Origin: Nitrosopumilus sp.
GTDB lineage: Archaea > Thermoproteota > Nitrososphaeria > Nitrososphaerales > Nitrosopumilaceae
Assembly (NCBI GenBank): GCA_965218695.1
Contig: OZ244651.1
Coordinates: 1,856,001-1,920,000 of the forward strand
Length of the DNA stretch: 64,000 bases
Direction of reading: 5' to 3'
Each line of letters starts with the position of its first letter. Within the stretch, counting starts at the first letter, position 1. This document shows positions 1 through 9,415 of the stretch, piece by piece. Both the position numbers and the translations under genes were made by a program. Below the pieces are notes generated by a model that had not been told where the DNA came from, ran no database searches, and was given only the letters and a program-made list of their open reading frames with translations.

Positions 1-1209
1 CCTACAATAAATCCACAAAAGCCTCCCGGGATCAAAAGGACCGCGTGGATGCGGCCGGCAGCGGGAAGTCGCGCGGGGGGCAAAAAGGCCACATGGGCCG
101 CACCCGCAAGCCAAAACCCACCGAGTTTGAGGAACACACCCCGGAGGCCTGCCCCGAATGCGGCTCGGGTAGCCTTTCCATAGTGCAGTCAGAAAAACGC
201 GACATTACCAGAGTGGAGCGCACGATAAAGGTCATCACCACGCGCCACACCATAAACACGTGTCGCTGCTCCTGCGGTCTGGTGGACATCAAGCCCGAGA
301 CCGGCCTTCCAGACAAGGGCAGCTACGATCCGAGCATAACGACTGATGTTGCAGACGATTACGTGTGTCGCATGCCGTTTAGGATGATCGCAGACCGCAT
401 GTCGCGGTACGGAATTACACTCTCCTCGGGCACGGCGCACAACATAATGCGCAGGCTGGGAACGTCGCTGGGCGCCCCTGCGGCAGCCATTGCCGCCATG
501 ATACGCAAGGCCAAGATACTGCACGCCGACGAGACATCGATTCACCTAAACGGCCGCAACGTCTGGGTGTGGATACTGCACGATCCGCTGACCGGGCACG
601 CGCTGTACGTGATACGGGACAGCCGGGGGGCAAAGGTTCTGAAAGAAGCGCTTGGGGGTTGGGACGGCACGTTAGTGTGCGACGGCTGGACGGCGTACGG
701 AAAATACCGCGTCCAGCGCTGCTGGTCGCACATAATACGCGAGGCCAGGGACATCTGCAACCGCAATCCGGACTGCCCAGGCGCGCGCAACGTCCTGAAG
801 CACCTGCGCATAATCTATGATTATGCCAGAAGGGCAAGCAGGAAACGCTCGCGCTCTCTCCGGGACAACGCGTCTGCCATGCTGACGTCATGCATCGAAA
901 AGATCGTTGCAAGGTACGCCGACGATCCAATATTGGAAAAATTCATGGTCAAGATCAGCAATGCTGGCAGCGACCTGTTCCGGTTCGTGCTGAACCCAAA
1001 GATCCCGCCTACAAACAATGCTGCAGAACGCGGGTTGCGCGAGATAGTCGTGCACAGAAAAATACGGGGCAGCATAAGGGCAGAGGAGACGATGACGTGG
1101 ATGGCGAATTTCTTTTCATGTGTAATGACATGGAAAAACAAGAAATTGGATTACTTGGCGGAGATTGCAAAATACGCCTAAAAATGAGTTAAACCACGTG
1201 AACACTTAC
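1..1209 (+). mobile_element. IS66-family element (single-ORF, ISBst12-like), left end outside the window
   Basis: Contains the transposase at 45-1181. The right end reads GTAAGTGTTCAC on the minus strand ending at 1209; a GTAA terminus is typical of IS66. Left IR and TSD cannot be checked. Confidence 0.75.
3..1181 (+). CDS. IS66-family transposase (5' end runs off the window)
   Basis: GGQKGHMG motif, CPECG zinc finger, HADET, CDGW..Y, QRCWSH and PPTNNAAERGLR motifs. The frame is open upstream of GTG 45. Confidence 0.92.
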   Translation, partial: YNKSTKASRDQKDRVDAAGSGKSRGGQKGHMGRTRKPKPTEFEEHTPEACPECGSGSLSIVQSEKRDITRVERTIKVITTRHTINTCRCSCGLVDIKPETGLPDKGSYDPSITTDVADDYVCRMPFRMIADRMSRYGITLSSGTAHNIMRRLGTSLGAPAAAIAAMIRKAKILHADETSIHLNGRNVWVWILHDPLTGHALYVIRDSRGAKVLKEALGGWDGTLVCDGWTAYGKYRVQRCWSHIIREARDICNRNPDCPGARNVLKHLRIIYDYARRASRKRSRSLRDNASAMLTSCIEKIVARYADDPILEKFMVKISNAGSDLFRFVLNPKIPPTNNAAERGLREIVVHRKIRGSIRAEETMTWMANFFSCVMTWKNKKLDYLAEIAKYA

Positions 1210-2626
1210 CACTATAGATATGATCTTCTTCGATTGTTTTGCGCCTTCTGCGTCCCAAGCCTCTGAATACAAGTCCTGCCTCTTCTGCCAAGTGTATGTC
1301 AACTATTCCCCGAGCATCCACTAGGACCGGGGTTCTCATCTTTGCAAAGTGCCCTAGATCAATATCCTGGAATTCTGCGTGTGCCGTGACGATCACGGCC
1401 GCGTCTGTGCCAGATATGGCCTCATTTAAACTAGACTCTGTGCGTATCCCGTATGCCATGACTCCCTTGAAATAGGGATCGTATATCTTGATCATGGCGC
1501 CTGCCCTTCTGGCCTCTAATATTACCGACTCTGCAGGAGAAACCCGCATGTCCATGACATCCGGCTTGTATGATACACCCAAAACCAGTACCATCGAGGA
1601 CTCGATCTCCTTACCTGCCTCTCGTAGGGCGTCCTTAAGCAGATCCACCACATATGCTGGCATCTGCTCATTTACCTGTCTTCCCGTCTCTATGATTCTT
1701 GGCAGTCTGCCGCCAGTCGCCCTAGCGGAGTTGAGTAGTTGATATGAGTTTGCCGGAAGACATGGGCCTCCCACTCCCGCCCCTGGATAGTGGATCTGAA
1801 AGTTGTACTTGCTGTTGGCAGCCTCCAAGACTTCCTTGGTGTCTATGCCAAGCCTGTCAAAGAGCAATGCCAGCTCGTTTACAAAGGCAATGTTAACGTC
1901 CCGAAAGACATTGGCGACCAGTTTGGCGGCGTTGGCAGTCTTGCAGTCTGGTACCATTCTAAAGTCTACAGGGAATGCGTGCCTATAGACCTCTGCAATC
2001 TTCTTAGCAGTCTTCCCGTCTGTAGCACCCACCAGCCTTGGCAGTCTTGCAAAGTCCCTGAGGATCTCACCGGGGTTTGCAGCCTCTGGACACACACCCA
2101 CACCTACATTAACACCTGCCATGGCTTCAGCCTTGCCACCCTCCACCAAGCCCAGAAACTCATTCTCCAAGAATCCGGGCTCAATGGTACTTTCCACTAC
2201 AATTACGGAACCGACCCTTATCAGATCGCTTAGCTGTCTACTCACCGTTCTCAGTGCAGAATAGTCAGGTATGTTGTCACCTGCCACTGGTGTAGGTAGG
2301 GACAACACTACGATATCCGAACATGAGATACCGTCTTCTAGGCTTGTAGTTACCCTGAACAGCCCGTCATCTACTACCTGCCTGAAGACGTCCTCAAGGC
2401 CGGGCTCATCCTTGAGGGAAAAATTTCCAGAGGACAGCCTTGCCACCAAATCTTTGTCTATGTCTACCCCGACGGTTTTGAAGCCGGATCTTGCAAACAT
2501 CAGTGCTGTCGGCAGTCCGATCCTGCCGATTCCCACTACGCATACGGACACTTCGTTCTTTTCAACCAACCTCCTAACCTCTTCGAGCTCAAGCGAAAAT
2601 ATACTGTGAACCATGTGCCTGTTCAT
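1178..2626 (-). CDS. Nucleotide-sugar dehydrogenase (UDP-GlcNAc/ManNAc 6-dehydrogenase, WecC/WbpA family)
   Basis: VVGIGRIGLP Rossmann motif, VVESTIEPG, PGAGVGGPCLP catalytic Cys, LGVSYKPDV.D.R.SP. Confidence 0.92.
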   Translation of the reverse strand: MNRHMVHSIFSLELEEVRRLVEKNEVSVCVVGIGRIGLPTALMFARSGFKTVGVDIDKDLVARLSSGNFSLKDEPGLEDVFRQVVDDGLFRVTTSLEDGISCSDIVVLSLPTPVAGDNIPDYSALRTVSRQLSDLIRVGSVIVVESTIEPGFLENEFLGLVEGGKAEAMAGVNVGVGVCPEAANPGEILRDFARLPRLVGATDGKTAKKIAEVYRHAFPVDFRMVPDCKTANAAKLVANVFRDVNIAFVNELALLFDRLGIDTKEVLEAANSKYNFQIHYPGAGVGGPCLPANSYQLLNSARATGGRLPRIIETGRQVNEQMPAYVVDLLKDALREAGKEIESSMVLVLGVSYKPDVMDMRVSPAESVILEARRAGAMIKIYDPYFKGVMAYGIRTESSLNEAISGTDAAVIVTAHAEFQDIDLGHFAKMRTPVLVDARGIVDIHLAEEAGLVFRGLGRRRRKTIEEDHIYSGKCSRGLTHF

Positions 2627-2710
2627 TCTGATGTGTGCGCGTACCTGTCTTTAATAGTGTTATAGGAACCAGATCAAATGGTTAAATTCCTCCTATCCAG
2701 TGCCATACAC

Positions 2711-3631
2711 ATGAACTTTGCAGTAACTGGAGGCGCAGGATTCATAGGAAGTCACTTGGTACGCCGTCTGGTCTCTGAGGGACACAACGTCACTATAATC
2801 GACGACTTCGCCCGCGGCAACCTAGCCAACCTGGACGGCATACATGAGAAGATACACATTAAGAAGATGGATATCTGTGACCTAGACGCACTGGACGGTG
2901 CATTACAAGGAACAGACGGCATATTCCACCAAGCTGCACTGGGTTCTGTCCCGGAATCATGGAAGAATCCGGACACGTACCATAGGGTGAACGTAGGGGG
3001 GACCAAGAATGTCTTTAAGACTGCAAGCAAGCACCACATCAAGGTAGTCTATGCCAGCAGTGCCAGCATATACGGAGACATCAAAAAGATACCCATCACC
3101 GAGGATTTTGAGAGAAAACCCATCAACCCCTACGGCAAGACAAAGTTTGACTGCGAGGTTTTGGCAGAAGGATATGTAAAGGATGGATCACAGATAATTG
3201 GACTGCGATACTTTAACGTGTTTGGAACAGGACAGAATCCAGCCTATGCCGGGGTAATAACAAACTTCATGAATCGACTAACCGCTGGGAAAGCTCCCAT
3301 AATCTTTGGTGATGGAACCCAGATCAGAGACTTTACCTTTGTAGGTGACGTGGTGGAGGCCAACCTGGCCGCGATGGGAAGCGGCATCGTGGAAGGATTC
3401 TTCAATATTGGTGGAGGAAAGTCCACTACACTTACAGATCTTGCGCAAATCATGACAAGACTGTCAGGGGAAAATGTGGAACCCACATATGAGAATCCCA
3501 GACCAGGAGATGCAGAGATTAGCACGGCTGACATATCCAAGGCCACAAGGCTGTTAGGATGGAGGCCCAAGACATCCCTCGAGGATGGACTGCAAACTCT
3601 GTTTCAGGGTTCTGCCAACAAGTCCTCGTAG
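2711..3631 (+). CDS. NAD-dependent nucleotide-sugar epimerase/dehydratase (GalE-like SDR)
   Basis: VTGGAGFIGSH, YASSASIYG, PYGKTK (YxxxK), LRYFNVFG. Start taken at MNFAV. Confidence 0.92.
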   Translation: MNFAVTGGAGFIGSHLVRRLVSEGHNVTIIDDFARGNLANLDGIHEKIHIKKMDICDLDALDGALQGTDGIFHQAALGSVPESWKNPDTYHRVNVGGTKNVFKTASKHHIKVVYASSASIYGDIKKIPITEDFERKPINPYGKTKFDCEVLAEGYVKDGSQIIGLRYFNVFGTGQNPAYAGVITNFMNRLTAGKAPIIFGDGTQIRDFTFVGDVVEANLAAMGSGIVEGFFNIGGGKSTTLTDLAQIMTRLSGENVEPTYENPRPGDAEISTADISKATRLLGWRPKTSLEDGLQTLFQGSANKSS

Positions 3632-4554
3632 AACTTGACGTATCGCGGCAGCATGACATCCCATGTCAGATTCTCCATGGCATACCTGTACCCTTTCTCT
3701 GTAAAGGAACGTGCCGTGTCCTTCTCACGAAGCATCCTGTTTACCGAAGTAACCAACTGTTCTGGATCCTCCGGGGAGATCAGCAGTCCGGTCTCCTCGT
3801 TGGTAATTACCTCTGAGACTCCACCCACATCAGTAGCCACGACAGGAACACCTAGGTAAAAGGCCTCCAGAATTACCTGCGGCAGGCTCTCCACTCTAGA
3901 TGGCAAGACAAGAACACTTGACTCTTTGAGCTTAAGCATCGCATCCTTCCAGTCAAGATCCGTGCAATATATCACGTCAGCGTCGATCTTTTCCTCTACA
4001 CCTCTGAGTATGTCTATTCCCTTCTCATAGCTGTCCCGACCAACGTATACTACTTGCCTCTTTTTTGGGACATCTGGAATGTCTGCAAACTCGTCTGGAT
4101 CAAGTGGCGATATAGTACACGCAAAGTCGACACCAAGTTTTTCCATGTACCTCCTTCTGGTTGCCTCCGAATCGGTGGCCAGCTTGTCTGCCCACCGTAT
4201 TGCCTGGGACTCTGCAAATGCGATCAGACATCCCGGCGTCTTGGAGTGAATTATATCCATCTGATCCGAAAATACCCCGTGAATGGACAGTATCCTCTTT
4301 TTTGCCCTAGTGCACCGCATGGCAATCGCAGATGGAACGTTAAATGCATGAACTATGTCGTATGATTCGGTGTTTAAAAGTGCCTTGATGGCGGCAAGTA
4401 TGGCAAAGCTCGGATTCTTTAGGTTTTTGATCGGTATGTGGGGTGCCTCAAATAGACTTACCTCAAAGCCTTGTTCAGCAAGCTTCTTGTAGATTCTTGT
4501 GATGAATACTCCTATTCCTCCCGTATATGAGGATGCAATAAAGAGTATCTTCAT
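3604..4554 (-). CDS. Glycosyltransferase family 4
   Basis: MKILFIASS start, YVGRDSYEKG, PSRVESLPQVILEA..LGVPVVATDVGG. Confidence 0.9.
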   Translation of the reverse strand: MKILFIASSYTGGIGVFITRIYKKLAEQGFEVSLFEAPHIPIKNLKNPSFAILAAIKALLNTESYDIVHAFNVPSAIAMRCTRAKKRILSIHGVFSDQMDIIHSKTPGCLIAFAESQAIRWADKLATDSEATRRRYMEKLGVDFACTISPLDPDEFADIPDVPKKRQVVYVGRDSYEKGIDILRGVEEKIDADVIYCTDLDWKDAMLKLKESSVLVLPSRVESLPQVILEAFYLGVPVVATDVGGVSEVITNEETGLLISPEDPEQLVTSVNRMLREKDTARSFTEKGYRYAMENLTWDVMLPRYVKFYEDLLAEP

Positions 4555-4703
4555 GGAATGTACCCCACGATTCTGTATCTCGCATAACGGTTTTATCTGT
4601 AACTTAGCCAAGTATTTGAACAGAATGTATCCCAGCCAACCAGATCCCACGATCTGAATCGCCATACATTTTACCAACATTCAAACGGCAGTTATGTAAA
4701 GGA

Positions 4704-6206
4704 CTACTCTGTGGAGTTTTTGCGTCTGGATATCTCCGATAGTGCCAGTCGGAACAGTCTTCTGGTCTTGTAGTCGATCGCATACGTGATACCAATGTAT
4801 GTTACACCACACAACACCAGTTCCAAAAGCAACCCAGGCACATACGAGTAGATGCTTGCCTCGAACTCGACTATGTGTTCGTTTGTGAGCATAAAGACTA
4901 CCACAATAGCCGCACCGCCGGCCAAGTGTCTGAGGATAACAGGGTATGGTATGCGGAACGGTGCATGCCTCTTGACAAGAAAACCATAGTAGACAACAAA
5001 GGGAACAGATACGGTAAGAAATACCGCAGACCAGATTGCGACCAGATCCAGATCTGACATACCACTGAAGGCGAACAGAGATACGGCCAGCACGCCAAGG
5101 TAGAGCACGTGGTGAACGTTTGCTAGGGTTCCGACCAGAAAGAGCCTACTTTTCAGCAAGGCAGATGCACGCGGCCTCTCATCTGCATCCACCGTATCAG
5201 TGCCCATTAGCACCTGCTGGAAGAAGTCGATCAATACACGCACAAGTGCATTGAGTGCAAGCAGCACGGCGGCAAACCACGCCCCGGCATATTCGGGGTT
5301 CAGCAGGAACATCGCATGTCGGGAGAAGAGAATAGCCACTACCAGTAGCGGTACGGCAAAGTACATCACCCACGTAAAATTCTCGGATATGTGATCCCGG
5401 CTTCCCTCTGCCAACAGCTTCGGGTACAGTGCCTGCGAGATACGTCCTGCACGACCCACGATTCCTGCCACTGCCATGGCAGCTGCATAGTATGCTACCC
5501 CCACGACAGAGCCTACTATTATGGTGTATATGATGACGTCCAAGCTGACCAGCACGCCGGGTATGCGCCCATACAGTGGAATCCAGGCCTGCCTGATCCA
5601 GTCCTTCAGGTATGAAAAGTCAAGTAGGACTGCAAGTTTTGGTCTGGCATAGCGCAGTTGGATTGCTATGTCCACAAGATACGCAGCAAATACTGCAAGA
5701 ATGGCTCCGTCTAGACCCAGTCCAAGGAAGAAGACCAGTCCCAGTCCTGCAGGTATCTTTACAGATTGGAAGACTGCCATTCCGATGCTGACTGCGTGCG
5801 GCTTGTGGCCCAGATTGACAGCTGAGAGAGTACCACGCACGAATGTCACCGGGATTAGAATTGCGCCCAGTATCATGGAGTCAAGGAATGTGGCCTCGAT
5901 ATTGGCAAAGAGTAGCACGGATACTACGTATATGGGAATGGAACCGCCGGCAAAGAGCGAGGTGGATGCCATAGACGTCCTCCCGACAGGTTTTCCTCTT
6001 GCGACCTGTCTCGTGATCCAGTAGGAGATTATCGGCTCGGCGGTGGCAGAGTAGGAGGCCATGCTTCCAATGACTATCCAGACCCCAAATTCCTCGGGCG
6101 TCAGTTGACGGGTCACTATAATGGTAAATGCTAGACCGGCCAGAATGCCACCCATTGCCACGGCAAATCCGAGCAGGCCAGAGTACGTGACCCGTATGCT
6201 ATCCAA
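4704..6206 (-). CDS. Polysaccharide/oligosaccharide flippase-like membrane protein (Wzx/MATE superfamily)
   Basis: About 13-14 hydrophobic segments, N-terminal TRQLTPEEFG motif, glycan-cluster context. Confidence 0.8.
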   Translation of the reverse strand: MDSIRVTYSGLLGFAVAMGGILAGLAFTIIVTRQLTPEEFGVWIVIGSMASYSATAEPIISYWITRQVARGKPVGRTSMASTSLFAGGSIPIYVVSVLLFANIEATFLDSMILGAILIPVTFVRGTLSAVNLGHKPHAVSIGMAVFQSVKIPAGLGLVFFLGLGLDGAILAVFAAYLVDIAIQLRYARPKLAVLLDFSYLKDWIRQAWIPLYGRIPGVLVSLDVIIYTIIVGSVVGVAYYAAAMAVAGIVGRAGRISQALYPKLLAEGSRDHISENFTWVMYFAVPLLVVAILFSRHAMFLLNPEYAGAWFAAVLLALNALVRVLIDFFQQVLMGTDTVDADERPRASALLKSRLFLVGTLANVHHVLYLGVLAVSLFAFSGMSDLDLVAIWSAVFLTVSVPFVVYYGFLVKRHAPFRIPYPVILRHLAGGAAIVVVFMLTNEHIVEFEASIYSYVPGLLLELVLCGVTYIGITYAIDYKTRRLFRLALSEISRRKNSTE

Positions 6207-6662
6207 TTTATTCTAGTGACACAACACCATTAATAACGTGATCACATAGCGTTGGGGAGTTTGCACAGTGTCATGAACGGGCATCAGATGGCCCATTCTG
6301 GAATTGCGTGTGTGGCAAGAGGAATCCAAGACACGTTGCCAGATACGGCACCTTGCAGCAGCATGGGTGTCGCAAAACCACCTTGACATAGTTTGGATGA
6401 ACCTGAATACCTCGCCCTTTTTTAGAGATTCCAAAAATACAAGAGGTTTGAGATGATATTAACGTCAAGCCTCTCTGTATTCTGCGTTGGAAAAGCCTGC
6501 CAGATAATTGGGATCATGCCACGCCAAAATAGTACAGGCGTGTGAATAGATGTAGAATCGCGTATGACTGTTCCATGCTGGGCTTGACTGACATACAACA
6601 GCATGCAAGTTGATTCGTTCCTGCTTGTGGTCCAAGGTCTGGTTTTAGCTTCAAAACATAGA

Positions 6663-7703
6663 TCAGTTGTTAATTGAATTAATTACGGATGTCAAAACCT
6701 TAAAGGGATCACTCATCTGTGATACAAATTTCTCAGACTTTAGTTTAAATGAGGTATTTTCAGAGGATAGCAGTTCGGATGCGGCAGAGACAATCTGTTC
6801 AGGGGTTTTTGCACGGACTAGTAATTTTCTCTTTACAAGATATTTTTCCACCGTGCTGGGAATCGCCTCGTAGGATATGGTTGGAATTTTCCGTAGGACA
6901 GCCTCGGTAGTCATGGTTCCCCCGGATCCGACAAACACGTCGGTTATCGAAAAGATGGCATTGCCGTCAACCACATCATCAAGAATTATGAGATCCTGTT
7001 TTGCATATTTTTTCTTAAGATCCTCTATCTCGTCAAAATATCTGCCCATCACGATTATGTTATAATTTTTAAATTCTTTAATCAACGAGTCGATTATCTT
7101 TTTAATATCCGTATGATACGGAACATACGCTGCCTGCGACTCGTGGGTTCTAAAAAGAATGGTTTTACTGTCTTTTAGTTTCATTTTGGGTAGTTTAAAG
7201 GGAACATTATTGTTGTTTATAATCAGCAACTCGTCCATGGCGTCATATTTGATGATGTCTTTTGACTCTATTCCATACCTGCTAAATTCCTTTTTAGTAA
7301 TGTAGGACGGGATCAGGAGTTTCGTTAAAAGTGGAACAGTCAGCCTCATGACAGCGTCATGGTGGGGGGAGTTGGAAAACCCTATGTGTTTTATTCCCAG
7401 ACCAAACGAGATTCTTGCCGCGTCCGGGGAGCAGAAACTGATTGCAAGATCCGGCACAAACCCTTGAATTTTTTCAGACAACAAACGCATTCGGTCAATG
7501 CTTGCATTCAGTTTTCCAGATAATTTGCCTCCGCCAAACTTTCCTACTGGTTCCAACTGGAGGTTACGAATTTTTCCCAATTCGTTGACCTCCCTGTAAT
7601 TTCTGGATGTGCACAGTATGGTGTGTGTTTTCTCCAGCCTGTGAACCATGGATTCGAAAAACAGTATCTCTTTTGGGGTCAGTATGTCAAACCAGATTTT
7701 CAA
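6663..7703 (-). CDS. DUF354-family GT-B-fold protein
   Basis: KIWFDILTPK start (TTG), SPDAARISFGLGI, GSGGTMTTEA. Visibly AT-richer than its neighbours. Confidence 0.8.
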   Translation of the reverse strand: MKIWFDILTPKEILFFESMVHRLEKTHTILCTSRNYREVNELGKIRNLQLEPVGKFGGGKLSGKLNASIDRMRLLSEKIQGFVPDLAISFCSPDAARISFGLGIKHIGFSNSPHHDAVMRLTVPLLTKLLIPSYITKKEFSRYGIESKDIIKYDAMDELLIINNNNVPFKLPKMKLKDSKTILFRTHESQAAYVPYHTDIKKIIDSLIKEFKNYNIIVMGRYFDEIEDLKKKYAKQDLIILDDVVDGNAIFSITDVFVGSGGTMTTEAVLRKIPTISYEAIPSTVEKYLVKRKLLVRAKTPEQIVSAASELLSSENTSFKLKSEKFVSQMSDPFKVLTSVINSINN

Positions 7704-7997
7704 GTGGTTGTATGAAAAGAGGAAACACAAAATAAAGTTTTACGGAATCCCGATGGATATGCAGGTCTCTCAGGGTTTTCCTGCATAATGAGTTGGATCG
7801 TCTTCCTGCAGAGGCCTTACATTTCATGTATTCATAATTTTGAGAGATAATTTGTTTGTCCTGAGAACGGTTCTGAGCACATTCACATGGCCAACAGATT
7901 CCAAGCGTGGTAGATTAATGCAGGATAAGTTTCCAGAGAGTCGTATATTGTCGGATAAATATGGCTGGTAAACCGGCTAGAGGTTATTCTCGACTGA

Positions 7998-9308
7998 CTA
8001 CTGCGAATCAGAATCGTCTGGCATCAGGCATTTTTCTTGCGCCTCAGGGATTGTGGCCGGAACAGATGGCATGGTAGGTTCGGCGTGGATCATACCAGTG
8101 TTATCATTTAAATCGGCAGGCACGGTACCGAGATAAAAGTTGTCAAAGTACGCATTCTGGTTCCATTTTGCAATCCAGCCATCACGCAATCCCAAGCCTA
8201 TGGATATGCCGTCATGCCCTGATACGACGTCAGTGATGTCAATGGAGGATCTCTGCCATTCGGTATCAGTTATTCCTCCACGGACAAGCCAATGACGGTA
8301 AATGGTGTTACCCTCACCATCATAGATCTTCACGTATGCATTGGTAACCGAGGAATCCGGTGTGCTGGATGTCGCCCTGTAGTCAACGCTCAAAAACAAT
8401 TCATCGCCCTCATCCAGTCCGCGCAGGTCTACATCCTGCCGTATCTCCGAATTGGCTACAAACCCCTCGCCGCTGATTCTTGCAGACGGTGATGGATTAC
8501 CATTGTTGTAGTCTATGCTAAACTGATAGTCGTTATATGGCACGTATGAGTGGTATTCGCCTATCGATGTAAACAGCATCCACGGTCCATACCCATCAAA
8601 GCTGTCTGTTATGGTTTCAAAGGGAACAGGCAAGGCCCGGGGCGGCGAATCCATCAGGACGTCCACCACAACCTCAAAGCTGGCCTCTGCGGCATTGCAC
8701 GCATCATCAAAGGCAGTACAGGTAACGGTGGTGGAGCCTACAGGAAATACAGAGTGTGAACTGGGGGTGCAGTACACTGCAACGGTGTGATCAACGGTAT
8801 CCGAAGCCCTGGGGGTTGCAAAGTCAATCACAAACGAGTTGCCCGTGGCAAAGGTCATCTGGATTTCAACGGGCACCGTGGTAAAGTATGGCGCCACGCC
8901 ATCGCGCATGGTGACAGTCTGGAGGGCAGTTGCAGTATTGCCGCGGGAGTCTTGGACACTCCATTGTACTATGGTTGTGCCGATGGGAAATGGCCCGGTG
9001 GCGTTGTTGGTAATGGTGAGGTTGGAGTCCCGGTTGTCGGTGGCAGTTGCAGCGCCGATGTCAACGGTACTCAGCCGACCGGTGGCCTCAAGGACCACAT
9101 CTGGGGGAGCAGTGATGGTGGGGGATGTGCTGTCAGCAGAGACTGCCCCCTGCACGGCCTGTAAAAATGCCACTCCTCCATCATCACCAGGTATGGCAAG
9201 TCCGATGCCCAGAATCATTACTGCTGCCACGCCGGCCATGACAGGTACGAAAACGATCTTTGAATTAAAACGAAAAAATGCGCGAGAAACCATGTCTATA
9301 AACACCAA
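7998..9308 (-). CDS. Secreted/membrane-anchored HYR-repeat protein with a C-terminal beta-sandwich domain
   Basis: N-terminal hydrophobic segment and two HYR-like units (PTITAPPDV..ATATDN..FPIGTTIV; ASDTVD..FPVGSTTVTCTAFD). Confidence 0.72.
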   Translation of the reverse strand: MVFIDMVSRAFFRFNSKIVFVPVMAGVAAVMILGIGLAIPGDDGGVAFLQAVQGAVSADSTSPTITAPPDVVLEATGRLSTVDIGAATATDNRDSNLTITNNATGPFPIGTTIVQWSVQDSRGNTATALQTVTMRDGVAPYFTTVPVEIQMTFATGNSFVIDFATPRASDTVDHTVAVYCTPSSHSVFPVGSTTVTCTAFDDACNAAEASFEVVVDVLMDSPPRALPVPFETITDSFDGYGPWMLFTSIGEYHSYVPYNDYQFSIDYNNGNPSPSARISGEGFVANSEIRQDVDLRGLDEGDELFLSVDYRATSSTPDSSVTNAYVKIYDGEGNTIYRHWLVRGGITDTEWQRSSIDITDVVSGHDGISIGLGLRDGWIAKWNQNAYFDNFYLGTVPADLNDNTGMIHAEPTMPSVPATIPEAQEKCLMPDDSDSQ

Positions 9309-9415
9309 ATATCGTATAATAATGATCTACACCCAACATGGCACCCTGCAGGGATGATGATGGCAAATCAGTATGAAATCAAATAGAATGCATTAGATAA
9401 TTATTTGGAAGACTA

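Noticed and set aside
6213-6660. Short ORFs between the flippase and DUF354 (also 25300-25716)
   Set aside because: No recognisable motifs in any frame, so a gene or pseudogene call cannot be supported
9350-9415. ATGATGA as a second C/D-box sRNA
   Set aside because: No properly spaced CTGA D box and no terminal stem
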